Shown here piece after piece: positions 11,576 through 23,428 of a stretch of DNA of 64,000 nucleotides. Source of the DNA: Minutocellus sp. GHC0000111 (Eukaryota); contig OZ361260.1 in the NCBI GenBank assembly GCA_977018835.1, positions 1,178,001-1,242,000 of the forward strand, in the 5' to 3' direction. Both the position numbers and the translations under genes were made by a program. Under the pieces are notes generated by a model, which saw only the letters and a list, made by a program, of their open reading frames with translations, ran no database searches and was not told where the DNA came from. Within the stretch, counting starts at the first letter, position 1. Every line of letters starts with the position of its first letter.

Positions 11576-13407
11576 ATGAGCAACCCGATCAAAATCCCGA
11601 CGCCCAGCCAGGACCACCGCGGCTCGTACCGCCTGTCCGAGGACGACCATGAAAACGACCGGGACTATACCGAGGCCGGCACCGCCATGTACTACGGCAC
11701 CCTCAAGGGCGATGACGACGGTGGTGATGACTCTTCGCCGGCCCTCACCATGAGCGGCGGTCTGGCCGCCTCGCTGTCGGAATTGAACGGCAGCCTGTCG
11801 GCGTTGGACGAGGGGCTGGCCGCCATGCGCCGCCGGGCCGGCGGCGGCCGTGGCGATGGCGACGGCCATGGCAACGGCAATGGCAGGGATCTCCACGATT
11901 CGTTTTCGTCGTCGAGCTTTCACCAGAGCGGAGAGATCCCCGTGGGAAGTCTGCCCGACAACCGGCTGGAGCGGCGGCGGCAGATACTGGCCAGCGGGGA
12001 GGGCGGGAGCGCCGGGGCCGCCATCTCCGGCGTGGCGGCCAGTGCTGCTGCGGCTTCCGGAAACAGAAGGAACAAGCGAGGAGTCAGAACAGACACCTCC
12101 TTTGGTGGACTCGGCGGCACTACCACTACCAGCTCCGCCATGCCCACCATGGCCTACTCCTACACGGGCGGGGGACGGGGCCTGCCCTCCCGCCGTCCCG
12201 TGCCCCCCCGTGCCCCGGCGTTGCACGCCCAGGCCGACTCGTCCAACCGTCTGGCGCGGATGCCGCAAATGTCGCTGCCGGAGAGCGCCTTGGAGCATAC
12301 CACCGATTTTGGTGCAGGTCCCAGCAGCGTCCCCGTTACTACCGCCTACGGCAGCCTCAATGATTGCTCATTTCAAAAGTACGCCCGCAGCCGAATGATG
12401 CAGCACGGCAGCACGAGGATGAGGGCCGCCCAGCAGATCCACCACTTCAACAAGGGGGGTGGATCGCCCATCATTGAGGGGGCCGAGCACGACTTTGGCA
12501 ATAGCGCGAGTGGTGGTGGGCAGGGCGAAAGTGGTGAGACCAACGCCATCGGCGGACCGGTGGCCGGCGGCATCGGTGCCGGTATTGGTGCCGCCAGTCT
12601 CCCCCCGGACTACCACAGCGATCTGGTCCGAAGGCGGTGGGAGGATGCCACGGCCGGCAAGGCAGCAGCTGGCAACGCAGGCAGCAACAAGCCCTCCCCG
12701 CTGGTGCTTGGCATGGACGGTGGTAGCGGGGGTGGTATTGAGATTGGCGCGGCACCCTCCCCGCTGAATCCGGGCAAGAAGCAGAGTTCGTTGTCGGCCC
12801 AGCTCAATGATTTGGCGTTGGCCCCGTCGGCAGCGACAGCCTTGTCCACGTCGGGCGAGGCCGGTGTGGGTGGGTTGGCGGGTTGGCGGGTGCCCTGAAT
12901 TTGGGACTGGGTGCGTCGGCATCGACGGAATCGCCCGTTGGGGGTGGTGCCGACTTTGGTTCGGCCGGTCTTGGCCGACCTCGTGGCGATGGTAGCTTCA
13001 GCGACAACAGTTATGGTGGTGGTGACGCGGGTAGAGGTGGAGATGGTCCTGCTTCGGTGACGTCTCTGACGGCTCTGGAGATATTGTCGTCGAGTCGGCA
13101 ATCGTTGGAGCGGAGGTTGGGATCGCCCGTCGGAGGAGGTGCCGCGGCTTCGTCGGGACTTTCGCCGGGTGCTGCGGCTGCCAACTTTGATATGGCCATG
13201 GGTGATCATCATCATCATCAGCAGCAGCAGCAGCACCCCGCCGGTGGTGTTGGGGCTCACTTTTTGCCGGATCAGCCCCATCTTCACATGCAGCAACCAT
13301 TGCAACAGCAACTGCCGGATGTTGTCCCCTTCGAGTATTCGGAGAATCCGCCCGCCGAAAAGGATCATCTTACCGATGACGAGGGTGCCTTCGACCTGGA
13401 CATGTAG
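11576..13407 (+). CDS. Gly/Ser/Ala-rich hypothetical protein split by an 8-bp duplication frameshift
   Basis: ORFs 11513-12898 and 12883-13407 join if one GGGTTGGC copy at 12872-12887 is removed. Ends DDEGAFDLDM. Confidence 0.65.
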
Positions 13408-13611
13408 CGAACCACCGCAATGCTAATTACAAACAATAGAAGATGATTATACCATACATCTTTGTTTACTTGACCTTAGTTTTTTCTCGTGCTTTTTGTA
13501 TATTCTCATTGTTTCTTCTTGGTGACTACGGTTACTTGTTCACCTCTCTTCACATCAATTGTTTTAAAATATCATTCTCCTTTCTCTCCACTCTAATGTG
13601 CTTGTAATAAA

Positions 13612-15505
13612 TTAAACGGCGGCATGATCGTCACCAACAATAACGGGGTTGGTGACCATCTGCTGCTGCTGCTGGGCCAGGTCCTCGGCCAAGGGCGTGG
13701 TGTAATCCGGCTCTTGGCCGGCTCCTGTCCCAGCCGGGGGCAACTCAGGCATGGCCGCAGAAGCGGCGGCAGGGGCCGGCTTGGTAGCCGAAGGAGGGGC
13801 CGAAGTGCGGCGCTTCTTGTTCTTGCACTTGTCCCGGCCCATATCGCGCAGGGTTTGGATGGTCTTGACGCGGGCCTCGGTCTCGTCCATGACCTCCCAC
13901 GGTCCCTGGAAGCCACGGGGGGTGAGGGCAAAGGCCCGGGCGGCCTTTCCCTTCTTGCCGGTGGCGGGGGTCGGATCGATCTTGCGCAGGAAGCGACCGG
14001 CGGTGGGAGTTTGGTTGGTGACGGCCCGGACGATTTCCATGGCCACCTCCTTCTTGTCGGTCTGATCACCGGCATCGAACCGGGCCTTGCCCTGCTTGGC
14101 CAGCGTGCGCCAGTACTTGTTGCCGGGATGGTCGTTGATGAAGGCGCCCCTGCCCGTCAGAACGTCGACGTTGGTGGGGATGATGCCGTTGGTGCAGCCC
14201 TCGGCGTACACGTTGGCATCGGCCTGGGGGAGGACCTCGGTACCGTTGGCGCCAGCTGCGGCAGCCGCGGCCTCGTCGGCGGCATTGCCCTTGGCCTCGT
14301 AGGCCTCGCCCAGGGCGGCGGCCTCGACGTGCTGCTCCCGCATCTGCTCGTCGTATCCGTCGGCTTGGCTGTTGGGGGTACCAGCGACACCACCAACACC
14401 ACCGCCATCGGTCCCATCCCCACCCTCCACCAAACCCCCCCCATCCTCCACCAAACCCCCGCCGCGGGGCAGGTTGGACCTCTTGCGCTTGCCGGGCTTG
14501 TTGTCGCGGTCCTGGCGATCGGGACGCTTGTAGTCCCTCATGACCTGCATGGCCTTTTGGATGGACTTCTCCTCGTTGAGCTCGACCCACGGGGCGTTGG
14601 CCTGCTGCGCCTTGGCCTGCTGGACGGCCAGGACGTTGGGGCCATGATGGCGCTGGCGGTTTCGGAATCGCCGGCGGCGATGGCGGCAGCGGCGGCTGTA
14701 GAGTATATAGAGATATCAATGTTGAGAAAGTACAACAGACAAGAGAACAAAATGTCAGCAAAGGACTGAATACATGTACGGAAGGCTTTGATGACATACT
14801 TCATCCAATACGATACAATACACCACATGTATAGAGCCATATATCTGTACACAGAGCCCCAACTCAAACTCAAACTCAACCAATAACTCACCGGCACTGG
14901 CCTCGGCGCTGTCGGTGGTGGCGGCCCCAGCGATGACCTCGGCGGCCACCGCGGCCGTGGCGCTCGTTTCCGCCTCCCCGGCCGCCCTCTTGTGGTTGGC
15001 CTGCTTGTTGCTGCCCCCACCTTTGCCACCTGCCCCACTAGCGGCACCACCAGGCACAATCTCCTTCTTCAAAAACCGCCCGGGTGGATTGAGCTTGCGG
15101 ATCATCCCGTAGATTTCAATGGCGATCCGGCGCTTGGTGGCGTTGTTGCCGTCGTCCCACTCCTTCTTGCGGTACTGGCACAGCGCGCGGAGGTGGTGGT
15201 TGCCGGGATGGGCGTTGACGAACCCCCCCCGGCCGCTGAGGACGTCGTGCCGGTGGAGGTCGGCGTCGGTGTAGCGCGGGGCGGTGGGGGGGGGACGGCG
15301 GGGAGAATCTGGGCAGCGGGGGGTGCTTCGTCCGTGGGGTCCTCGGCCCTTCGGCCGCGGGGACTGCCCGGTCGGCGTTGGCGTTGTGGGAGGAGGCCGC
15401 CGGGACGATGGGGGGGACGGGGGGATGCGGCGCGCCGGCCCCGGCCGCCGCGGCGGCTGCCACGGCGGCGGCCGCGTCGTAGGTGGGATCGTGGGGGGCG
15501 GACAT
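13612..15505 (-). CDS. Protein with two DUF6824-type domains; 2 exons, two homopolymer frameshifts
   Basis: DVLSGRGGFVNAHPGN...PPGRFLKK...WVELNEEKSIQKAMQVMRD and DVLTGRGAFINDHPGN...GRFLRK...WEVMDETEARVKTIQTLRD. Intron 14696-14891. Frame breaks at G9 (15286-15294) and G4 (14638-14641). Confidence 0.8.
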
Positions 15506-16357
15506 GATGCGGGGCGAGGGCATTGGCTTTGCTTAGCTTTGGGGGAGGGTATCTCGCTCGTTTGAATTGATCGAGAGGAAGACCTGTTATGTTTGATAAC
15601 TGAAAATAATAGAGGAAGGAACAGAAATGCAAAACCCAAACAGTTAGATCAGGAGGCTTAGAATTGGCACCAAGAGAGACCAACAAAGCCAGGGGGAGAT
15701 CAACCAAGCAATTGATTGGTATCCTGGAAGGAAGGCGACGCATGTGCTGTTTTTTTTTCAAACGGTCCAAGTTCTCAATGTCAATTCACAATAAGTATGG
15801 ACCGGAATTCGGCGTCGCCAATTGGACGTACATCGATGGAAGGATGGATGCCTCTTCGGTCAGCGATTGGGAACAACTTACCTCGGAAGTATCTGCGTAT
15901 CTGATCGAAGACAGTGGGTATCCAAACGCAAACACAACTCGTGCCGGTTTCTTGTTTTTGGTGTTGTGGTTTGATTTTCAGTCGAACGATGCCTGCGCCT
16001 TTGCTTGTGATGAAGGCGTTAGACTGGTTGGAATGAAATGAAGCAAACCGTCGAATTGCTTCGAGCGGGTCGACCGTTTTACTACGTAGGCTAGTAGGGG
16101 GATCGAGCGAGTCGATGAGGCACGAGGCAGGACTCGCTCGAATCGCAGCTGGTTTCGAGATGACGCTAGAATTACGTGGTCAAATTTTTGAACGGAATTC
16201 CGCTCAAAAAACACAAAACGCGAAGCAAACACATTCTCCGGCCCGCGTGAATGAAGGGGAAGGCAAGTCAAGGCAATGGTAGCGCCAGAATTGAAGCACC
16301 GTGCACAACGCAAGTATTGCCTCTTTCACAGACCGATCGACCTTCAAAATCACCACC

Positions 16358-17311
16358 ATGCGACGCTCACACAGACACCCCCGTCACCCCCCAGCACCGC
16401 AGCTCTTGGTGCCGCTGATAATTCTCATTGCATCCTCCTCGAAAGAATTCTCCTCCAACTACCAGTATTCCACCTGCCATGCGTTTGGATTCTCCCGACC
16501 ATTATCTCTGCCGTCGTGGCTACAACGAACGCAACGAAAGACAAACATGACTGTCAAAACAGAGGCAGAGCCAGAGGTGTACATGGAGGTTTCGGTAACG
16601 GACGCGCTGGCCAATGGCGGTGAAAAGATTAATGAGAAGAATGGACAACAAACAATGCAACCAGCAAGTCCCCCCTGTGCGGATGGGCTGCCAATACTTC
16701 CCATTGACGAATTGAAACTTCAAAAGCCATCGTCTTCCTCCTCTTCTGCAGAAGTCCTTCCGTCCTCCCCACCGCTCACCTTTGAAAAGTACATGACCAT
16801 GACGTCCAAGCCCGTACCGGTCGAAATACGGTACAACAGCCAGCAGGGCGGGTTGCGGCCGTTCTTTCTGACCGTGGCAAAGAAGATCAAGGCCAATTAT
16901 CCCGACGTCGTCGTGCGAAAGACCGACCTGGCCACCGCGGGGGGTGGCGAGACACCTGGAGATTCCATGGTGTTTGAGGTCTTGGTCGATGGACGGCCCG
17001 TGGTGGGCAAGGCGGAGACCAAGCGGCAAAGCGTATCCAGGTCCGACAGCAGCGGTGGCAGCAGCAGCAGCAGCAGTGCAAGCAGTGGCGGCAAGGGTGG
17101 TGGCGATGGATCGCAGCAGCCGGTCGATCTAGCCAATGGCATTAGCGTGTACGTGTCCATGGGAGAGATTGATGCGGCCATCACCAAGGCACGGAGAAAG
17201 CGACGGCCAAGTACCACCTACTCACAGCAAGGAGAAGACATGGGCAGAGAAGGTGTGTCGGCCATCCGGTTGGAGGTGCTGCGATCGAGGCAGCAGCGAG
17301 CAGACAATTAA
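16358..17311 (+). CDS. Rdx (SelW/SelT-like) thioredoxin-fold protein lacking the redox CxxU/C motif, with a possible targeting presequence
   Basis: VPVEIRY...GLRPFFLTVAKKIKANYPDVVV...FEVLVDGRPV matches the Rdx pattern. Hydrophobic N-terminal stretch followed by CHA-FGF. Confidence 0.6.
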   Translation: MRRSHRHPRHPPAPQLLVPLIILIASSSKEFSSNYQYSTCHAFGFSRPLSLPSWLQRTQRKTNMTVKTEAEPEVYMEVSVTDALANGGEKINEKNGQQTMQPASPPCADGLPILPIDELKLQKPSSSSSSAEVLPSSPPLTFEKYMTMTSKPVPVEIRYNSQQGGLRPFFLTVAKKIKANYPDVVVRKTDLATAGGGETPGDSMVFEVLVDGRPVVGKAETKRQSVSRSDSSGGSSSSSSASSGGKGGGDGSQQPVDLANGISVYVSMGEIDAAITKARRKRRPSTTYSQQGEDMGREGVSAIRLEVLRSRQQRADN

Positions 17312-17542
17312 CTCGAATGGGGGCAGTGATCGACATATCATCGGTGTTGATGTCGTTAATTAGAGTTGAGATGAAATGTCAATAAATTGCATCTAAACTG
17401 ACTCTGTTGGCCAATGATATTTTGGGAATTGCATAGAAAGCAAAGGCACCAATAATTCAAAGCAAAACTACTGATATTATTACACTATAATATAGAATTG
17501 TTTGTTTGTGTTTCCAAGCAACAAAACACCACAAAAGAAGCC

Positions 17543-19594
17543 TTAACGACCGACATCAGTGTGACGATTCCTCTTGGACCGGCGTCGAGAGGCCGATCTC
17601 GAACGGCCTTGTTCGTCCCAGGCCGGAGATCCGCAGCGATCTTCCTCCCGATCGCGGCTGCGACTTCGGCTTCGGCTTCGGCTGCGACTTCGTGACCTGG
17701 ACCGGCATCGGTTGCGTCCGCGGAGTTCTCTTGAATTGGATCGGGTCCGTTTGCGAAGGCGTTCGTGATCAAAGTATCCGGCGGCGGCACGGTCGTCCCT
17801 CCCGTCGCCACCGTTGGCACCACCACCTCCCTTATATCCAGCGCGGTGGGCGGCCTCTCCGTTGCCTATGTGAGTAGTTCTAGCAGATGCTAGAGACACA
17901 CCGTCGCCGGCATCGCTGGATGTACCCACCTGATCGCTCCCGCTCCCACTGGCGGAGGGTGGAAGGGGCGTGCCATCGCGACTGTTGGGTTCCGAAGACA
18001 TCTTGACGTTGTCGACGCTGGTGGTAGCGGATGGATCAGTCGGATGGTCAGACGATTCTTGGCTGAGAACAGATTTGTTGCCTTCGGTCAATGATTCGCC
18101 CCCATCGTCGGTGTCGGCATGTGCTGACATGTCCGATGGTCGACCGGAACAGCCGCTCGTAACCGAACCAGCTCTCGAGTTGTTGCCTAGAGTTGGGGGA
18201 TGAGCGAGCTCTTCGGCACCGGCAATTTTCTCAAAGAGGATGGCACGATTTAGTGGCGGCCCCATATCGTTGATCAGAGCCCCGTTTGGTGGAATGGCTA
18301 CAACAGTACCTGTTGGCGGTGAAGATCTCATTGGTTGCGATGTCATTGAGGGAGGCTGCTGACCTTCGAGCCATGGATGAGGAGCAGGGTAGCTCTTTGC
18401 CCATGTGGCAAATTCGACGCCTCTTTCGTGCTGCTTGTGATGAGGATGATCTCCCTTCTTGGTTAGGATGGGATGGTGCGGAAGTAGGCCTTGATGATAT
18501 GACGACGGGGCGGCAGCTCCAAAGATTCCGGCAGAGGCTGCAGCAGCCGAAGCTGCCAACATTGCCGATGCAGCGGATGCCGAAGCTGCGGGAGGCGGAG
18601 GCTGGGGAGTTCCAGCCTTCTCTATAGATGCACTTGCACCTATCGCAATACTGCCGTCTCCAGACATGATGGAGGCCATGTCAATGTCTTCAATCATGCT
18701 TCCCGAGTTGACGGTAGCATTGTCAGACTTGCCAGAGACTGATGGGGGTCCACCGTAAGACATGTTGGCCGTAGGAAAGTTATGGTGGAGACTGGCAATA
18801 GCCTCCAGGGAGTGGAAGCCGGCGCCTGGTCCGACCACCATGGGTGGCATCGGCTGAGGCTGCGGGGGTCGGGCGATTGTAACCTTGGCAGGAGGGCGAT
18901 CATTCGTTGTTGATCCTGCCCCTCCACTCGAACGGCTTCGCTCAGACATACCACCGACACTACCGCCTCTACTTGCAGGGTGATACTGTCGCGTCGTACT
19001 ATTGCCATCTGACATGGCCCCGGTGTCGGTATGATAACCAGCAATGGAATCTCGATCCGAATGGCCAAGGTCTTGAGATGTGTCAGCCTGGGACGTGTCC
19101 TCGGCCTGCGAGGTATCGGCTTGGGAGGATGTATCGACGTCGCAATCTCGATAAGTTCGGTCGAAAGGTTGCTCTTCTCGGTCCGAGTTGTCGGGATCGG
19201 ACATGGCGTGAGATCGACGGCTGGTCATGCCATCGACAGGAGCCGGCGATGGGGAAGGAGCTTGAGGCTGGGGTGACCTCGGCGCTGGGGGGACACTGCC
19301 AGCTCCACCGACCCCACCGACGCTGCCACTATCATACCCGGCCTCTGGTATGCAGTTCCCGCCAAGCATGGCATGGACCAGCCCAACATGCGACGGCACG
19401 CCATCGACAAGTGACCCTGTTGCGGCTGCTACGGTTCCTGGTGGTTGTCCTGGTTGTAGATGATGATTGGGAGGATGAGCCTGAGGTTGTTGTTGTTGTT
19501 GTTGATGATGATGATATCCATTCTTGAAGATTTTTTTGTTTGGCGACTCCATTGGCTTGGTTCGCATGGTTGTGGTTGTCTTGGTGGTAGCCAT
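17543..19594 (-). CDS. Low-complexity protein with poly-H/Q N-terminus and RS-dipeptide C-terminus
   Basis: ~680-codon ORF with HHHQQQQQQ and RSRSRSRSRSRSRSRDRE. The true start may be further upstream. Confidence 0.7.
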   Translation of the reverse strand: MATTKTTTTMRTKPMESPNKKIFKNGYHHHQQQQQQPQAHPPNHHLQPGQPPGTVAAATGSLVDGVPSHVGLVHAMLGGNCIPEAGYDSGSVGGVGGAGSVPPAPRSPQPQAPSPSPAPVDGMTSRRSHAMSDPDNSDREEQPFDRTYRDCDVDTSSQADTSQAEDTSQADTSQDLGHSDRDSIAGYHTDTGAMSDGNSTTRQYHPASRGGSVGGMSERSRSSGGAGSTTNDRPPAKVTIARPPQPQPMPPMVVGPGAGFHSLEAIASLHHNFPTANMSYGGPPSVSGKSDNATVNSGSMIEDIDMASIMSGDGSIAIGASASIEKAGTPQPPPPAASASAASAMLAASAAAASAGIFGAAAPSSYHQGLLPHHPILTKKGDHPHHKQHERGVEFATWAKSYPAPHPWLEGQQPPSMTSQPMRSSPPTGTVVAIPPNGALINDMGPPLNRAILFEKIAGAEELAHPPTLGNNSRAGSVTSGCSGRPSDMSAHADTDDGGESLTEGNKSVLSQESSDHPTDPSATTSVDNVKMSSEPNSRDGTPLPPSASGSGSDQVGTSSDAGDGVSLASARTTHIGNGEAAHRAGYKGGGGANGGDGRDDRAAAGYFDHERLRKRTRSNSRELRGRNRCRSRSRSRSRSRSRSRSRDREEDRCGSPAWDEQGRSRSASRRRSKRNRHTDVGR

Positions 19595-20361
19595 TCTTAC
19601 CACCGCTCTTGCGATATCCACGCCCTCGTCGTTGACTTCTTTCTGGCGCGTCCTGATCCCACACTGCTATCGGTGTCGGTTGAAGGTAGATGTGGAGGAG
19701 AGAACATGAAACATTTTAGGTGAGACCAGGCCAAAAAAACATGACGACAAAAGACGAGACAGACCGAGAACCCATGTCGTTCCCGACTAAGAAGAAATCG
19801 GAAGTTTACAAAAACCCTCCTTTTGAGCTTGCACGTTTGCCATTGGACGCACGCCTGCTCTCCAAAGGTTGACCCGAACCTTTGCCTATAATCCTGTAAA
19901 CAAGCGTAATAAATCGGCACAAGTTGTGACAAACTCACGTGCTGTAGCAGACATGTCGACCATTCCGCCTCGTGCTGTTGATGGAGCTGACCAGGCGTCC
20001 GGGGATCAACGCGACGATTCCTCTTCATGCGATTCCGCGCCCTTGCTCTGCGCTGGGCACGGTTCAGTGTCCGAACATCGGCATGATCGAGCTCGTCATC
20101 TAGATGCCGTCACGTTCGTCAGTTTCTTCGGCCGCAAGGCTGGGTCGGATTACAAGGACGTAGACTGTGGTTGCGAGAACGACAAAGCCAGCAAGTGATA
20201 CGGCCAGCAGCGTCTTGTCCGATAGTGCTACCGACGTCTCCCCCTGCGGCGGTGGGTCAGGAACGGCAAAGTCAGTGTCTACAGTCATGCTGCTACGCTG
20301 TGCCTAGGATGGCTGTACGAGGTCCGGGACAGCAATTTCGGGGACCCGGTTTTTTGGGTCT

Positions 20362-21654
20362 TTGGACTTTCCGACACGGCGGTTTGCGCGCACCTTGAAA
20401 AACACGCGGCAAAGCAAGCAAATCAAAACACATCCGTCAACAACCGACCTCCAAGCAATTACCACAAATAGACTGGGCAACTTCTGCCGACTGGCGCTTC
20501 AAGAAGCTTCCATACTCATGGATACTCCAAAGGGACACATCTTCAGTCCACCGCGTCCACCGAAACGCGCCGAGGCGACTGCATTCAGCCCCTCGCGCCA
20601 TGAGAAGGAAACTTCCAACGAAACGCCGGAACATCCGCGATATCGAGAGAACAAGGACAACGATGACGAGGAGGACAACCAAGGGGTCCCACCGGCATCG
20701 TCAGACCTCACATCTCCTCGTGTGTTGAAATATCGACGCGAGTACAACGAAGAGGATGGCTTCGCCGCCGAACAAGCCCAAGCAAGGAAGTACTTGCATC
20801 ATGACATATTGCGTGCCGACTTTCGCGGTACCGCTACCGTTTCATCTCATTCTGATGAAGATGATTCATTCTCAGAGATGAGCATAGCAACCGCCGACGC
20901 AAAGCCAAGCGGCGAGAGGAGAAAGCCCGTGAGCTCATTCGACCTTCCCTCCGCCACGCCCATGGTAACAAGTCCAATGTCAGTTCATACTCAGTATGCT
21001 CTTACCCCAAGCCGCTCATGCCCGTCGTTCAGCAACCTTCAATTGTCATCCCCTACCATCTTGGAGCCCTTGCCTCCAACCGAACCAACCGAACGACAGA
21101 TTGAACGAGAGGTTGAGGAACATCGGAGGCTTGCGTGCTTTTTGACGTACGGAGAAGCACCACTACCACAAGATATAAAGAACTACAAGTCACCCACATG
21201 TAGTCAGAGGCCCGAACCAAGAAGAAAAGAGAAAGGGGTCTACCTCCCCTTCAAACAAGTTCCTGGTTGGGGTAGCGAGGTCGCGGTCACCACAGTGCTA
21301 GGCATGATCGAAGTCGATCGCCAAGTAAGAGAGGGTCGTGGTGCCTACCCGAAAGGGTGGAGAAGCAGAGAACTCGGATTGTATGATAACAAGACAATAG
21401 AATTCTCTATTGCATTATCTACTGACAAGATTGCATTAGATGCATATAAGTTGGGATATGAGGATGGGAGTAAACAACCAACTGCTCACCCTGCCCTCAC
21501 TGACAAGAAACTTGCCTATGCATATGGTGTGAAGCGCGGAAAGATTCGTCAGTCCCTCCACGCTGTGTGGCTTTCTGATGATCATAAGAAGGCCAAGGAG
21601 GCAAAAAAGAACACCGGTAGAAATAGAAGAACAAAGAAGCCCACCGTGATATAA
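20362..21654 (+). CDS. Hypothetical protein, possible transposon accessory ORF (first ATG at 20518)
   Basis: 430-codon open frame starting just inside a TA-CGAGG candidate transposon end and converging on the transposase. Confidence 0.55.
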   Translation: MDFPTRRFARTLKNTRQSKQIKTHPSTTDLQAITTNRLGNFCRLALQEASILMDTPKGHIFSPPRPPKRAEATAFSPSRHEKETSNETPEHPRYRENKDNDDEEDNQGVPPASSDLTSPRVLKYRREYNEEDGFAAEQAQARKYLHHDILRADFRGTATVSSHSDEDDSFSEMSIATADAKPSGERRKPVSSFDLPSATPMVTSPMSVHTQYALTPSRSCPSFSNLQLSSPTILEPLPPTEPTERQIEREVEEHRRLACFLTYGEAPLPQDIKNYKSPTCSQRPEPRRKEKGVYLPFKQVPGWGSEVAVTTVLGMIEVDRQVREGRGAYPKGWRSRELGLYDNKTIEFSIALSTDKIALDAYKLGYEDGSKQPTAHPALTDKKLAYAYGVKRGKIRQSLHAVWLSDDHKKAKEAKKNTGRNRRTKKPTVI

Positions 21655-21749
21655 ACAAACCAATGCTGCTGCATCTTACATGTAGATCTATAAATAATTT
21701 GTAGACGTGTAACATTTATTTAATACATGTGTAAAGATATTAATACTAT

Positions 21750-23428
21750 CTATTTATTAGAAGGATGACGAGCTGAGGGCTCCATCCCCTTGGCCGTTTC
21801 GTTGAAGTCGATCCTAATTCCAGTGTGCAAGTTTTCGTCACCCAACCTTCCAACAAACTCATTGCTACCACCGGCCTTAATCACCAGGCCCATTATCCTC
21901 CAGTACTGAATGAAGGCCGAAGCAATTTTGCAGTTAGGCATGCTATCGTAAACGTCCTCGGCAGTGTCCCAGATCTGGTCGGTGGAAATGACGGAGGTGC
22001 CTACCATTTTTCGTGCCCATTCCGAGTGCCGCCGGATCATCGCGGGGAACACGCTCAAGTCAAGGACGTTGGCGTGAGGCATCTGCGGTGCCTGTGGCTG
22101 CCACGTCCAGCCTTGCTCAGCACAGAAGTTAGTAACAAATTGCGTGAAGGTTCCGTCCTCGTGAGGCCCGGCCTGGTCGCCCTGGATAATAACATGGCAA
22201 TCTTCGTATTGCTTGCCCTGACCGACAAGGTTGAGAATCGCTGGGAAAATAGTCTCCTTGAACACGAGGAGCAAAGAGCATTTCGGATCCTTTTTGGTGC
22301 CTTCGTTCGATCCAGTAACGCAACAATCAACAAGAAACGACTCTCCTTTCCGGCGAAGAGGTTCCTTTGGTGTCCCATCGGGGTTGGTATTTGGGTACCG
22401 TGTTGAACCATCAGGCTGTGTTACTGCTTCGCACTGAGCTCGCTCCGCTATTTTAGGAGCTTGAGCTCGTACCAGCGGCAGTTTTACAACCTCGCACCCA
22501 TTCTCAAGAGAACCGTCAAAGACAGCGGCAACAAATGCAATGGCCATGACCTTGTTGATGTGGCTCCTGTGAAAGGCCGCGTAATCTCGCTTTTTCGCGC
22601 CGATTTCCTCGCAAGCCTTCGCAAAAGCTCGGAGGACGAGACCCCAGAACCATTTCTCATCGTGATGCACGAGGAGAACTCGCTTCTTTCCATTCGGTAA
22701 ATTGCCGTTCTCATCTTGTGCGAGCACCACAGACCAATGTCCTGCTCCAAACCACGGAACGATCGCTGAGGATTGCTGGAAAGGGCCGCAACAATGTCGT
22801 TCTGTGTGTACGGCTGCCTTGCCAAGTGCTCCCGCCTCTTCAGCTCCCACAGCTGCTTGTCATCGTCGCTGATGGTGTCGCACTCGGTCAGTTGCGTTTT
22901 GAGCAACTCATTGTCAGCCTCCTTCGACACAGAATCACAGCAGTCTTCCTTTGCCTCTCTGCACTTATTGATTGCATGCAGGCGCTTAGCAGTAAAGCAC
23001 TGCTCAGCCGTCTTGTAATTGTCAATGGCAGACTTTGGCCGAACCGACGAATCCTTGGGAGCGGGGGTGACAAATGCAAGCTCGGCCTGATCTGCTGGCA
23101 TGCCCCGGGCAATGGCATTCTTCCGAGACTCGTTCTGGATGTCTCGCAGCCCATTCTTACCCTTCCCCCACGCTCTGCAGAGCTCACGAATAGTGACCCT
23201 CCCATCCGACTGAAACTTCTGCGATGAGCTGTTCCTGCTTGAGTGCTGCGTCCCTCCGGTGCTCTTCAAATGCACTTCCAGAAGCAATCCCTGGGCAAAA
23301 AGCATGCTCTTCTCCTCGTCGTTCAATCCCTTCTTGCCTTTGGTTGCTCGATTCGCCTCCTTTCGAAGATATCCATCCTTCTTCCTGTGTCGCATGCCAT
23401 GCAAAAGCTTTCCGACAAGAGTCTCCAT
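21750..23428 (-). mobile_element. Disrupted IS630/Tc1/mariner transposase related to the plant-type DD39D group
   Basis: LVHHDEKWF (D1), IIQGDQAGPH (D2) and QAPQMPHANVLDLSVF (D3) correspond to VHIDEKWF / QQDNARPH / QPPNSPDLNVLDLGFF. N-terminal half lies in another frame (22484-23428), with the break near 22715. Confidence 0.85.

Noticed and set aside
13624..14769. 381-aa + strand ORF
   Set aside because: Antisense shadow of the GC-rich DUF6824 gene.
15664..16041. 125-aa ORF in a divergent intergenic region
   Set aside because: No recognisable motif or splice support; possibly a decayed fragment.
20362..21654. Possible Fanzor/TnpB nuclease next to the mariner transposase
   Set aside because: No RuvC acidic motifs or CxxC zinc finger are visible.
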